A stretch of DNA of 64,000 nt from the human T2T-CHM13v2.0 reference genome, Homo sapiens (GCF_009914755.1 NC_060933.1), one strand, 5' to 3'. Counted from the stretch's first letter, positions 27,554 to 44,184 are shown. Numbers and translations: made by a program. Notes: generated by a model not told the origin, from the sequence alone.

Positions 27554-27985
27554 TCTGGAAATATTTTTGAATGCTTTCTGCATATAAGATCTTGTCACTG
27601 ATACAATAAAGTACAATTTTCTACACCACTTTTTTTTTTTAAAGCATCTTAACATACTTTTAAATTTTGTACTCAAATACAAGGGGTAGTAGAAAATTAC
27701 TATAGTATGGTAATACCTTGTTTTTATTCTAGATTTTTCAGGTGTAAGTTAGTCTATGTGTCCCCATCTCTAAAGGCCAAATAGCAAGCTTTCCAAGTGG
27801 TCTTCTTAAAGCCTGTCTATTTTGATTTGTGGGGATGGGGAAGACATCCTCTAGTTTACCGTCTTGGGAGAGGAGTTAGGCCTCTTGTTATATTCCAACA
27901 GCTTTCTCCCAAATCTCCTAATCTGTGACTTCTAACCCTTTCATATCCTGATGTAGCTGAGGGAGTAGGAAACATGCACAGTTGT

Positions 27986-28324
27986 CTCTCTCTCTCTCTC
28001 TTTTTCTCTTTCTCTCTTACTCTCCTTCCTCCCTTCCCTTCCCTTCCCTTGCCTTCCCTTCCCTTGCCTTCCCTTCCCCTTTCCCTTCCTCCTCCCCTTC
28101 CCTTCCCTTCCCTTCTTTCTTTGTCTCACTCTGTTGCCCAGGCTGGAGTGCAGTGATGCGATCTTGTCTCAGGTGGCACTGCAACCTCCGCCTCCTGGGT
28201 CCAAGCAATTCTGTCTCGGCCTCCCTAATACCAGTGGTTACAGGTGCATGCCACCATGCCTGGCTAATTTTGTATTTTTAGTACAGATGGGGTTTCACCA
28301 TGTTTGCCAGGCTGGTCTTGAACT
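27986..28324 (-). mobile_element. 5'-truncated AluS whose tail became (TC)n/(TTCCC)n repeats; fused to L1 ORF2
   Basis: Simple repeat 27986-28122, Alu body 28123-28324 ending 'gctggtcttgaact', then L1 ORF2 with no spacer. Confidence 0.85.
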
Positions 28325-30193
28325 ATTGGCTTCAAATTCTCTTTTTTTGTTGTGTCTCTGCCAGGCTTTGGTATCAGGCTGATGCTGGCCTCATAAAATG
28401 AGTTAGGGAGGATTCCCTCTTTTTCTATTGATTGGAATAGTTTCAGAAGGAATGGTACCAGCTCCTCTTTGTACCTCTGGTAGAATTCGGCTGTGAATCT
28501 GTCTGGTCCTGGACCTTTTTTTTTGGTTGGTAGGCTATTAATTATTGTCTCAATTTCAGAATCTGTTATTGGTCTATTCAGAGATTCAACTTCTTCCTGG
28601 TTTAGTCTTGGGAGGGTGTATGTGTCGAGGAATTTATCCATTTCTTCTAGATTTTCTAGTTTATTTGCATAGCAGTGTTTATAGCATTCTCTGATGGTAG
28701 TTTGTATTTCTGTGGGATCGGTGGTGATATCCCCTTTATCATTTTTTATTGCATCTATTTGATTCTTCTCTTTTCTTCTTTATTAGTCTTGCTAGCGGTC
28801 TATCAATTTTGTTCATCTTTTCAAAAAACCAGCTCCTGGATTCATTGATTTTTTTGAAGGGTTTTTGTGTTTCTGTCTCCTTCAGTTCTCCTCTGATCTT
28901 AGTCATTTCTTGTCTTCTGCTAGCTTTTGAATTTGTTTGCTCTTGCTTTGCTAGTTCTTTTAACTGTGATGTTAGGGTGTCGATTTTAGATCTTTCCTGC
29001 TTTCTCTTGTGGGCATTAAGTGCTATAAATTTCCCTCTACATACTGCTTTAAATGTGTCCCAGAGATTCTGGTAGGCTGTCTTTGTTCTCATTGGTTTCA
29101 AAGACATCTTTATTTCTGCCTTCATTTTGTGATTTACCCAGTAGTCATTCAGGAGCAGGTTGTTCAGTTTCCAGATAGTTGTGCGGTTTTGAGTGAGTTT
29201 CTTAATCCTGAGTTCTAATTTTATTGCCCTGTGGTCTGAGAGACAGTTTGTTGTGATTTCTGTTCTTTTACATTTGCTGAGGAGTGTTTTACTTCCAATT
29301 ATGTGGTCAGTTTTGGAATAAGTGCGATGTGGTGCTGAGAAGAATGTATATTCTGTTAATTTGGGGTGGAGAGTTCTACAGATGTCTATTAGGTTGGCTT
29401 GGTCCAGAGCTGAGTTCAAGTCTTGGATATCCTTGTTAATTTTCTGTCTTGTTGATCTAATACTGACAGTGGGGTGTTAAAGTCTCCCATTATTATTGTG
29501 TGGGAGTCTAAGTCTCTTTGTAGGTCTCTAAGAACTTGCTTTATGAATCTGGGTGCTCCTGTATTGGGTGCATGTATATTTAGAATAGTTAGCTCTTCTT
29601 GTTGCACTGATCCCTTTACCATTTGTAATGCCCTTCTTTGTCTCTTTTGATCTTTGTTGGTTTAAAGTCTGTTTTATCAGTGACCAGGTTTGCAACCCCT
29701 GCTTTTTTTTGCTTTTCATTTTTGGTAGGTCTTCCTCCATCCCTTTATTTTGAGCCTATGTGTGTCTTCGCATGTGAGATGGGTCTCCTAAATACAGCAC
29801 ACCCATGGGTCTTGACTCTGTCTAATTTGCCAGTCTGTGTCTTTTAATTGGGGCATTTAACCCATTTACATTTAAGGTTAATATTGTTATGTGTGAATTT
29901 GATCCTGTCATTATGATGCTAGCTGGTTATTTCACCCATTAATTGATGCAGGTTCTTCATAGTGTCAATGGTCTTTACAATTTGCATATTTTTGCAGTGG
30001 CTGGTACTGGTTGTTCCTTTCCATGTTTAGTGCTTCCTTCAGGAGCTCTTGTAAGGCAGGCCTGGTGGTGACAAAATCTCTCAGCATTTGCTTGTCTGTA
30101 AACGATTTTATTCCTCCTTCACTTATGAAGCTTAGTGTGACTGGATATGAAATTCTGCGTTGAAAATTCTTTTCCTTAAGAACATTGACTGTT

Positions 30194-30574
30194 TTTTTTT
30201 TATTTTATTAGTATTATACTTTAAGTTTTAGGGTACATGTGCACAATGTGCAGGTTAGTTACATATGTATACATGTGGCATGCTGGTGTGCTGCACCCAT
30301 TAACTCGTCATTTAGCATTAGGTATATCTCCTAATGCTATCCCTCCCCTCTCCCCCCACCCCACAACAGTCCCCAGAGTGTGATATTCCCCTTCCTGTGT
30401 CCATGTGTTCTCATTGTTCAATTGCCACCTACGAGTGAGAACATGTGGTGTTTGGTTTTTTGTCCTTGAGATTGTTTACTGAGAATGATGATTTCCAGTT
30501 TCATCCATGTCCCTACAAAGGACATGAACTCATCATTTTTTATGGCTGCATAGTATTCCATGGTGTATATGTGC
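30194..30574 (-). mobile_element. Young L1PA2/3-type 3' end nested in ORF1 of the older L1
   Basis: 'ttaagttttagggtacatgtgcacaatgtgcaggttagttac'; 5-bp TSD ctgtt (30189-30193 and 30575-30579). Confidence 0.88.
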
Positions 30575-31987
30575 CTGTTGGCCCCCACTGTCTTCTGGCT
30601 TGTAGGGTTTCTGCCAAGAGATCTGTTATTAGTCTGATGGGCTTCCCTTTGTGGGTAGCCCAACCTTTCTCTCTGGCTGTCCTTAACATTTTTTCCTTCA
30701 TTTCAACCTTGGTGAATCTGACAATTATGTGTCTTGGGGTTGCTCTTCTTGAGGAGTATCTTTGTGGTGTTCTCTGTATTTCCTGAATTTGAATGTTGGC
30801 CTGCCTTGCTAGGTTGGGGAAGTTCTCCTGGATAATATCCTGAAAAGTATTTTCTAACTTGGTTCCATTCTCCTCATCACTTTCAGGTACACCAATCAAA
30901 TGTAGATTTGGTCTTTTCACATAGTCCCATATTTCTTGGAGGCTTTGTTCATTTATTTTCACTCTTTTTTCTCTAATCTTGCCTTTTCACTTTATTTCAT
31001 TAATTTGATCTTCAATCACTGACATCCTTTCTTCCGCTTGATCGAATCAGCTATTGAAGCTTGTATATGCTTCACAAAGTTCTCGTACTATGGTTTTTAG
31101 CTCCATAAGGTCGTTTAAGCTTTTCTCTACATGGGTTATTCTAGTTAGCCATTCATCTAACCTTTTTTCAAGGTTTTTAGCTTCCATGCGATGGGTTAGA
31201 ACACACTCCTTTAGTTTGGAGAAGTTTGTTATTACTGACCTTCTGAAGCCTACTTCTGTCAACTTGTCAAACTCATTCCTCATCCAGTTTTGTTCCCTTG
31301 CTGACAAGGAGCTGTGTTTGTTTGGAGGAGAAGAGGCGTTCTGGTTTTTGGAATTTTCAGCCTTTCTACTCTAGTTTCTCCCCATCTTTGTGGTTTTGTC
31401 TACCTTTGGTCTTTGATGTTGGTGACCTATGGATGGGGTTTTGGTGTGGATGTCCTTTTTGTTGATGTTGATACTATTCCTTTCTGTTTGTTAGTCTTCC
31501 TTTTAACAGACAGGCCCCTCAGCTGCAGGTCTGTTGGAGTTTGCTGGAGGTCCACTCCAGACCCTGTTTTCCTGGGTATCACCAGAGGAGGCTGCAGAAC
31601 AGCAAATATTGCTGCCTGATCCTTCCTCTGGAAGCTTTGTTCCAGAGGGGTACCCACCTGTACGAGATGTCTGTTGGCCCCTACTGGGAGGTGTCTCCCA
31701 GTCAGGCTACACGGGGGTCAGGGAACCACTTGAGGAGGCAGTCTGTCCGTTATCGGAGCTCGAACACCATGCTGGGAAGACCACTGCTCTCTTCAGAGCT
31801 GTCAGGCAGGGACATTTAAGTCTGCAGAAGCTCTCTGCTACCTTTTGTTCAGATATGCCCTGCCCCTAGAGGGGGAATCTAGAGAGGCAGTAGGCCTTGC
31901 TGAGCTGTGGCGGGCTCCACCCAGTTTGAGCTTCCCTGCTGCTTTGTTTACACTGTGAGCATAGAGCCGCCTAGTCAAGCCTCAGCA

Positions 31988-32320
31988 ATGGCGGATGCCC
32001 CTCCCCCTGCCAAACTCCAGCATCCCAGGTCAATCTCAGACTGCTGTGCTAGCAGCGAGCAAGGCTCCGTGGGTGTGGGACCTGCTGAACCAGGCATGGG
32101 AGGGAATCCTGTGGTCTGCTGGTTGCGAAGACTGTGGGAAAAGTGTGGTGTTTGGGCAGGAGTGTACTGTTTCTCCAGGTACAGTCACTCATGGCTTCCC
32201 TTGGCTAGGAAAGGGAAATTCCCTGACCCCTTGCACTTCCCAGGTAAGGCGACACCCCACCCTGCTTCGGCTTGCCCTCCATGGGCTGCACCCACTGTCC
32301 AACTGGTCCTAATGAGATGA
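31988..32320 (+). CDS. Putative L1 ORF0 homologue (antisense 5'UTR ORF), 110 aa
   Basis: gcaATGg start; MADAPPPAKLQHPRSISDCCASSEQGSVGVGPAEPG aligns to remembered L1HS ORF0 (MAGAPPPASLPPCSLISDCCASNQRDSVGVGPSEPG). Expression is unknown. Confidence 0.45.
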   Translation: MADAPPPAKLQHPRSISDCCASSEQGSVGVGPAEPGMGGNPVVCWLRRLWEKCGVWAGVYCFSRYSHSWLPLARKGKFPDPLHFPGKATPHPASACPPWAAPTVQLVLMR

Positions 32321-32442
32321 ACCATTTTCCTCAGTTGGAAATACAGAAATCACCTGTTCTGTTTCGATCTCTCTGGGAACTATAGACTGGAGCTGTTCCT
32401 ATTCAGCCATCTTGGAAGTGACCCCCGCCCACAGTTGTTTTT

Positions 32443-32897
32443 AAATTAAACTTTTTATTTGGAGTTTGTTGTAGATTCACATGCATTTGTAAGAAATAGT
32501 AGAGATACATCCCTTCTACCCTTTACCCAGTTTCCCTCCAGTGGTAACCTCTCACAAAACTATAGTGCAATCTCACAGCTAGGAAATGGACATCAATCCA
32601 GTCAAGATACAGAACAGTTGCATCATGATAAGGTCCTTTGGATAGAAATGTAGGCTGTTGGGGGCCTTTTTAGTCTGCACTCATTGGTGTTTCTGGGTTG
32701 CCAACTCCTCCAGCTGCTAGTCTGGGATGTATGCAGCAAAAAGGAAAGAAGCGGACTCGCCCATGTTATTCCCTAGCTGGCCTGTCTTCTCTCCAGAATC
32801 TTTTGGTTGTTTTAGATATAATTTCCAGGGTTTTTAGTTGTGCTTAGTGGGAGAGATAGGAAAAAATATGTCAACTCCGTCTTCCCAGATGTAAAAC
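32443..32897 (-). mobile_element. Old L1MC-like element reduced to its 3' end joined to its 5' end
   Basis: 'gtagattcacatgcatttgtaagaaatag...ctttacccagtttcc' (3'UTR) abuts 'ccagggtttttagttgtgcttagtgggag...ctccgtcttcccaga' (L1M 5' end). Confidence 0.6.
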
Positions 32898-33293
32898 TGT
32901 TTTTTAAAATCACCCGTTTTGCCAGTTTGTGGTGTAGCCTTGTGCCTCACTTGAAATTTATTATCTCAGTGCTTCAGACAAAATTTCCTATTGGCATCTA
33001 GTTGCATGCACATGAAGAAGAAAGGATTGCAAAATACAGTACGTTTGCAACACAACCAATTATGTAAAAAGCCTGTGTTTTCATTGTTTTAGTAACAATG
33101 CATAAAGATATTCCTAAATTACTCTCTTTCTAGCTTCAGGGAGATCATTCTGCAAATATAGGTTTTGGGAAAATTGTTAAAGAAGTAATTGAGTTCCACT
33201 GTTGATAAAAATGAATATTGTTGTTATGCATTTTTTTCACCTGTTATAACAAGAGGGCTATTTATTCTAGTAACAGGGCAGCCAGAGTATAGA

Positions 33294-33736
33294 GAGTGGT
33301 GGGCAGCAGCCAGTTTGCATGGGCTTGTGAGATATGATTGTTTTCAGGAATTCTGCAAGGTGGTAATTGAACATAGCCATTATTAAAAATTGAATTACAT
33401 AACATTTCAATAAATTATATTACAAACAAAAGTAACAAATATTCAAAATTCACTACTTCCTGGTTGTTTTTACCACATTCCACTACTATGTCCTTGAGAT
33501 TATTTCCATCTCTTGTTTCTGTGTAGTGGAAATACTCTGTAGTGGAAATGGCATCTTACTGTGCATCTCTTCTCACCTAATCTGCTGTTAAGATTCTCTG
33601 TGTTCAATGATGCCACATGTGTAGCTTGCAATCAGCCACGGTAGGAGTATTTATGCCACAGAAATTGGAAAAATGTTACAAATCAGGGCTTTACCTCTGG
33701 AGAGCCTGTTGTTGAACATTTTCTAGAACACCACTG
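33294..33736 (+). mobile_element. MER63 (hAT-Blackjack)
   Basis: 'agtggt...ttttcaggaattctgc...agccattattaaaaattgaatt...aacaccactg'. Confidence 0.8.
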
Positions 33737-35379
33737 AGCATAAGCCATTTTTCCCTAGATTCTCTCTGTTCCTAAAGATTATTTTTTTTTGTGCTTCAAA
33801 ACCTGCCTTATTCTCAGGAGTGTTTGAACTTCTAGACCTAAATTATATGCATTTTATATAATGTAATAGCAAGATAAGACCAAGTATTTCTTTAACCTTC
33901 ATAATCCACAATGGGAGACAGATAGATGTTTTCTATTATTCTGCCTTTTGAAGAAGCCTTGCTGATGGAGCTGATGCTATGTTCAGATTAACTATGTGAA
34001 CAGAAGGGGTGGGGGAGGGGGAAGACAAATGACTTGTTTCTCCAATACAGCTGCTCTGGCTATTGTCTTTAATTACACTCCTCCTGGACTGATAAGGAAT
34101 GGGTTTCTGACAGCTGTGAGAAGCTGCCACACCACCGAGCCCTAATATTTCTTTTTGGGTATAAGCAATGTCTTGTGCACTAGGAAACATAGACATGAAT
34201 TATTTTTGATAATTGTGATTGGCTGTGTTTCTAGTATGCCTAGGGCCTCAATTTTCTTAAAGTGACATGGCCTCTCTTTAGAAGTTTACCTTCTGCATTT
34301 AGTGAGGCAGGAGGTTGTAGTGGTTTGAATGTAGATATGTTTTTCTAGCTTTTCAGCGTATTCCTTATTCATATGCCATTTTATTTGTCATTTAAAAATA
34401 TGCTTATATCTGTTTAAAAATATGACTGATAGCTATGACTTATCTAGGTGAATTTCCCTTTCCAGTTCAGCAATAATTCTCTGTGGTTCTTTTGAATATC
34501 CCAGTAGTTGTGTGAACCCAAAGCAAAGGCACATGACATAGAGGACGTGCTTTTTAATTTTTCGTAGGAAAAAAAGCTAGCAGAACTGCACATTTCAGTC
34601 TTTTATCACTGTCATCCTCACCTCCATTGTGGTAAATGGCCAAATGCCAAAGCAAAAAAATGTATTACTGTCTGTTCCAGGGGAGTATTATCTGAGGGAA
34701 AAAGTATGATTATGCTCTTGTTCTGAGCTACAGGGTTGAAATGATTAAGAAACGAAAGTACCTGATGATTTAGTTTACCGTAGGGTTTCAATTAAGAATC
34801 TACCAAATGTGATTAGAAAGACCCATATCCTATTATAGTATTCTAGAATAACTTACACAAAATTGGGCGTGAAGTAATTAAATATTTTATGTTGGATTAA
34901 TAGAGGGTGTTTCAAAGGAAATGCTTTTCCCTGTATATTTCTCTCCAATGAGGGAGTCATTTTAACTTTCCATTGAAAGTGGATATGCACTCTTCTTATT
35001 GCAGGGTCTTTGAAATAAGCTTATCCTGCTGCCAGAGCTCAGCTACAGAGTAGCGGATAAAATGGGGCCAAGAGAGCCCAGCATGGAGAGCCAGGGAACT
35101 CTACGTCAAGCAGCATTACCCAGGACCCATTAGAGGGAAGCAAAGCCAGATGTGTAGGGATTTAGGATATGACAAAATCAGCTCTTTGAATAAGCAGAGA
35201 CTCAAGTCCTCATAATAAGAGCCCTGGAATAAACATAAGACATCTAGACATCCCAGCAGGGAACAGGCCAGCTGGGATGGGCACCACATATACTAAACCA
35301 TTCAGGAGAGGGTCCAGAGAGAACCACTTGAAAAAGTCTGGCCAGTCCCTGGCCCTGCTGGTTAATTCAGGCGAGTGCA

Positions 35380-35610
35380 CTTGTTAAGCTTGTGGGCTCA
35401 AGAGTCAGATCAACAGGTTTATATCCTGGATCCGCCAAGTAACACCTATGTGAACTTGTCTTTTTAAAACTCAGTTATGTTATCTATAAAATGAGAATAA
35501 TGATATAACACACCTCATGTAAAGCTCTTAGCAAAGTTTTGGAACCTAGTAAATTCTCCATGATGTTAGCTATACATATGCTAATGCAATTATTTTATTA
35601 TTAGTTCCAT
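35380..35610 (+). mobile_element. MIR SINE
   Basis: 'ctcagttatgttatctataaaatgagaataatg...gtaaagctcttagc'. Confidence 0.6.
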
Positions 35611-37146
35611 AGTGAAAGGAGACTATTATCAGAATCCATTCTAAAATTTTATGACTTTTAGTATATTAGTATATTTAGTGAACTGTATCTCATTCTCATT
35701 ACAAAATGAAGGTTTAAGAATTCCCCACAAATCCTTTTATACTCTTTATAGTGTTCCTAAGCAGAAAATCCTTAGGGTGTTATTCTACATTGATATCTAC
35801 TACAGGGGGCCCTGCCCTGACTATTGGACTGGCCAGAGTGGAAAAGTAGAGTCATATAAGCAGCCCCCTTACAGAATGCAGACTTAACAAAGCCTGTTTT
35901 TGTCTGAATTTGTTACCAGTTAACTTAGTTTGTATCTTTATGTGTCCCTCATGTGTAGTGAGGTAGCATCTGAGGATACAGTGAGGATACAGTGACAAAG
36001 CAAGAGACTGTTCCCGTTTACTCATTCATCATTTATTCATTGACTCATGGAGTCATTAACTGATTGATTCATTCATTTATTCATTCAACTATGGTGACTG
36101 ACCACCTGAAATGTACCAGTCACTCCCTGCACTAGTATTATAATCTCTGTTTTTAAGAATTTCACATCCAGTAGAGGTGACAGAAAAAGCAAGCAGGGAA
36201 ATAAAATATAGTGGTACTTGTTACATGTAGTGACAGTGAAGACATCTGGAAACAATGACTAGATGAAGGTGGCTCCTAACTGTAATGACAGGTCCTGGGC
36301 AAAAATTTTGCTTGTACAGCAAATACTTGTTGACTACCTACTATGTGCCAGGAAATTAAAAAAAAACCTGGGCATATAGCAGTAAAGAAGACAAGACCCC
36401 TGCTGTCATGACTTTTACATTCTTCTAGGGGGAAGCAGAATAAACTACTAGGAAAAATATCAAATAAGAATATATATTATACAATGAATTAAGGGAGATA
36501 GTTTGGGGAATAATTGGATAGCTATTTTATATAGAGTGGTCAAGAAAGCCTCCCTGAGATGGTGACATTTGAAATGAGACCTAAAGGTTGAGAAAGAAAA
36601 TCAGGGGAAGAGCAATTTAGGTGGAGAGGAAAGTTAGTGGAAATGTCCTGATGCAAAATAGAGACTGACATGTTCAAAAGGCCAGTGTAGCTGGTGCAAG
36701 GCAAGCCAGGTACAAGACAAGGATAGAGAGTTGGGAGGATGCAGGAAAGTCTCTGAAAGCTGGCATAAGGAGGTTGACTTTCATTCTAAGTGCAATGGGA
36801 AGCCATTGATGGGTTTTAAGTATGGGCATGACATGGCCTAATTTGCATTTAAAAAAATGTACTTCTAGCTGCTGTGTGGGAAATAGATTCTTAAAGTTAG
36901 TTGCAGTATTCCATGTGAGAAATGGTGGTAGCTTGGACTGCAGAGGAAGCAATGGAGATGGAGAAATGCAAATGCACTTGGGGTGTGTTCTGAAGGTAGA
37001 ATTGAAAGGATTTGCACATAGGCTGGATGTGTGGACTGAGGAAAAAAGGAATGAATGCAAGTAAGTTCTTAGGTTTTTGATAGGAGCACCTGGTTGGCTG
37101 ATGGTGCAGTTTCCAGAGATGGAGAAGGCTGGGGAAGAAGCAAAGT

Positions 37147-37180
<34 letters not shown>

Positions 37181-37657
37181 TGAGGAGGTGCTGGTGTGTG
37201 GGATGAGGTGGTGAAATCAGGGGTTCCCATTTGGCTGTGTGGAGTTTAGGATATTTATTCAACACATAAGATGGAACATGCCTTATCCATTTTTGGGACT
37301 GGGATGGGAACTGGTACATTCTAGGTTAGGTCAATAACCATGTTTGGATGAAAGAATGAATGAATGAAGTGGATGGTGGCCTGCTCTGGACCCTCATTTT
37401 CATCAGATGCTGCCTTATCACACATAAGGAGTATAGGAAGATGTAGATGAACTCAAAAGGCAACACATTCAAATAAAAATAGATTCAGGTAAATCTGCAT
37501 TTTGTAAAGGGGTTGCTACTTTTTTTTTGGCTCATAAGTAGTAATTTGGATATATGAATCTGGAATCCTGGGGGACAGGTCAGAATTACTGAGATCAGTT
37601 TGGTCGTCTTAGAATACAGTTTTTTAAAAAAGCTATAGAACATCGTGAGGTCCCTTA

Positions 37658-38478
<821 letters not shown>

Positions 38479-38864
38479 AGACCCAAGACTGATTCCTGGA
38501 GAGTTCCTAGAAGGCTGAACAGAGAAGCATCCAGCAAAGGAGAAGGAGGGGCCAGTGAGAGAGGAGGAAAACCAGGAGTACATGGTGCCACAGAAGCCAA
38601 AGATAGCCAGTTTTAAGAACCAGGGAGTGATCTGCTGCTGATGGCCAGTGCTGCTGGACGGTCAAGCAAAAGCTGACAAAGGAGCTTGGATTTGGCCATA
38701 AGGAGATCTTGAGTGACTTGGCACAAGTGGTCTCATTTGAGTGGTCTAAATGGAGGCTGAGAAGTGGCTCAAGGTGAGAATGGGAATTGAGGAGGTGGAA
38801 TAGCAACTTCAGGAAAACTTCAAGAAATGCAGTGGTAGCTAGAAGGAGATATAGGATCAAGACA

Positions 38865-38995
38865 TCCCTCCCTCCCTCCCTCTCTTCCTTCCTTTCTACC
38901 TTCCTTCCTTGCTCCCTCTGTCCCTCCCTTTCTCCTTTCCTTTCTCCTTCCCTCACTTCTCCTCTCCCTCTCTCTGTATTGGTTTCTTTCTTTCA
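38865..38995. repeat. (CCCT/CCTT)n pyrimidine-rich simple repeat
   Basis: Directly visible. Confidence 0.85.
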
Positions 38996-39213
38996 AGACA
39001 GTAGTCACTAAAGCATGCTTGTGCTAATGGTAATGGTGAAGTAGAGAGGGAGAAACTGAAGATGTAGGAGAGAGAAGGGAATTTCTTGGGAAGGTAAGGA
39101 GGAGGAAATCCAGATTCCAAGTGGAATAACTGGCATTCGGTAGGAGTTGGGACACCACATCTGTTGTAATGGGAGGGAGGGCAGAATGTAACTGTGTCAG
39201 TTAGCTTTGAGTT

Positions 39214-39647
39214 TGGCTGTAAATAATGAAAACCCCTATTAAAGTAGTTTAAACAAGGAAAGGGTTTAATTTTCTCCTGTAACAATAAGTCTAGAAGAGG
39301 CCATTCATGGCTGGAGCACTGACTCAAGGTGCCTTCTGTCTTCCTCCTTTGCTGTTTAGTGTGTGGCTTCCTTACAGTCACAAGACAGTGGCTGTATTTC
39401 TAGGCTTTGAGTTTTCCTTTCAGTCAGAATAATGGGCAAAGACAAAGAGCAAATGGCAGAGGGTAAAAGGAGCATGCCAGCTGCGTCTGCTGCTTTTTTG
39501 AAAAGCATTCTCAGAAGCTCCTCCCAGTCGCCTCACTTACATCTTATTGGCCAGGTTTCATGGCCATCTCTAGTAGCATGGGAAGAACTTGTTAGGTAGG
39601 ATGAAGGAAGAATGGATATTGGGCAAGCAGTTAGCCAGTTCTGCTGC
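39214..39647 (-). mobile_element. Old MLT1 (J/K-like) LTR
   Basis: 'tgtgtcagttagc...aagtctagaagaggc...cacttacatcttattggccag'. Confidence 0.65.
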
Positions 39648-39874
39648 TTTAATGTTGTCAACCATAATATTATTGTGAAGGAAAAGGATCAAGAGGTCTT
39701 TCATTCAAGATCACTTCTCCCAACGAAGTTGGGGCTTTAAAAATAGAGTTAACTCTTTTGTAAAGAACTATGATGACTGGTGTTCTATAACCTTTATAGA
39801 AACCATAGTAATATTTGATTTATACACTCAAGAAGCTTTTTCTCTGTCTCAGAATTTCCTCTAAGTTGTGATTT

Positions 39875-43020
<3,146 letters not shown>

Positions 43021-44184
43021 GATGTGATTTAACCACATTTCTTTTTGTTCAGTCTTCCAGAGAGATGGAGTAAAACCAATAAGCATCAATCAATTACCTG
43101 GAGCCTTGAAATAGCATGAACTAGCAGTCCTCCAATGAATCAGTGAGAAAAGGCATTGGGAGATGAACTATAGGTATAATTCTCTTACAGCTTATTGAGG
43201 GAATTAGGGAAATACAAAATGAGGAAATGTGCACACTGCTTTTATTGGAAAATAATTGGTTCGAGTGAATTTTTGTACAAATGGAGAGGGGGTGTTATGG
43301 CTTTTATTGATGGGTATGAAAATTTGAACACATATAATAATGAAAATATTCTAGATATTCTAAAACACTGCAGAAAGACAATTGCATGGCAAGAGAAAAT
43401 GGTTTGGAAGCATTGAGGTGTCACCCACAGGAGGAAGGAGAGACAAGAGCATGGTGCTTCAGTGAAGGCGTTTCTGTGTCTGAATTAACTGGGGTTGCCA
43501 TGTGTCAGTCTCTTCTGACAGTTGGTGTTTTTCTGGGTTGGTGGTTTTATCTCCCTCGTGTGCTCATTGGCAGGGTAAAGACTAGTATCAGGCAGCCATT
43601 ATAAAAGGGAAACATTTAAAAATGTCATCTTTTTGTGGATTTTCCAAGTATGCTTTAAAAGAAGGAAACTAATGTCCTTTGAAATTAATTTTTTTTTCCT
43701 TTGCATGCTATTCTTGGCCCATCTATCAGACTAGAAAATTACTACTCTCTTCTCTCTTACTACAACCTTCAATTTTGGAGCTCTTAAAAAAAAGTTAGGG
43801 AATGGTTCCATAATCCCAGAAAATTTTAGTTAGTATGAAATGCTCTTCCTCATCCCCTACACATGCACACATGCTGCAGCAGAGTGATGGCTACATTCAC
43901 TCTGAACCTAAACTCCCATGTTACACATGCATGCATGCGAGCATGTGCACGTGCACACACCTCTGTCACAATGGAGTTGAGTGAATCTCTGCCAGGTAAA
44001 AAGGCTGTCTATCATTAATAAGACTTGCTCACGGTAGATTCTAATTAGAAGGCTAATGAATAGGAGACACTTTCATTTTTGATTGATTTGATAGCAGACA
44101 TTAAATTCCTAAGTATTTGGAAATGGAAAAGGGCTTTAATTTTAAGCATTCTACAGACTGATTTTCATCACTGACCATATATTC

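Larger units (their letters stand above)
28325..32429 (-). mobile_element. L1PA6/7-age LINE-1: 5'UTR + ORF1 + ORF2 N-terminal part, 3' half missing
   Basis: 5' end 'cagccatcttggaagtgacccccgcc'; ORF1 31385-29975; ORF2 from 29911 ([21 protein letters not shown]) stopping before the RT domain. Confidence 0.93.

Noticed and set aside
27720-27750. ttttcag|GTgtaagt as a recursive splice site or microexon
   Set aside because: The donor is offset by 2 nt from the acceptor; too ambiguous without data.
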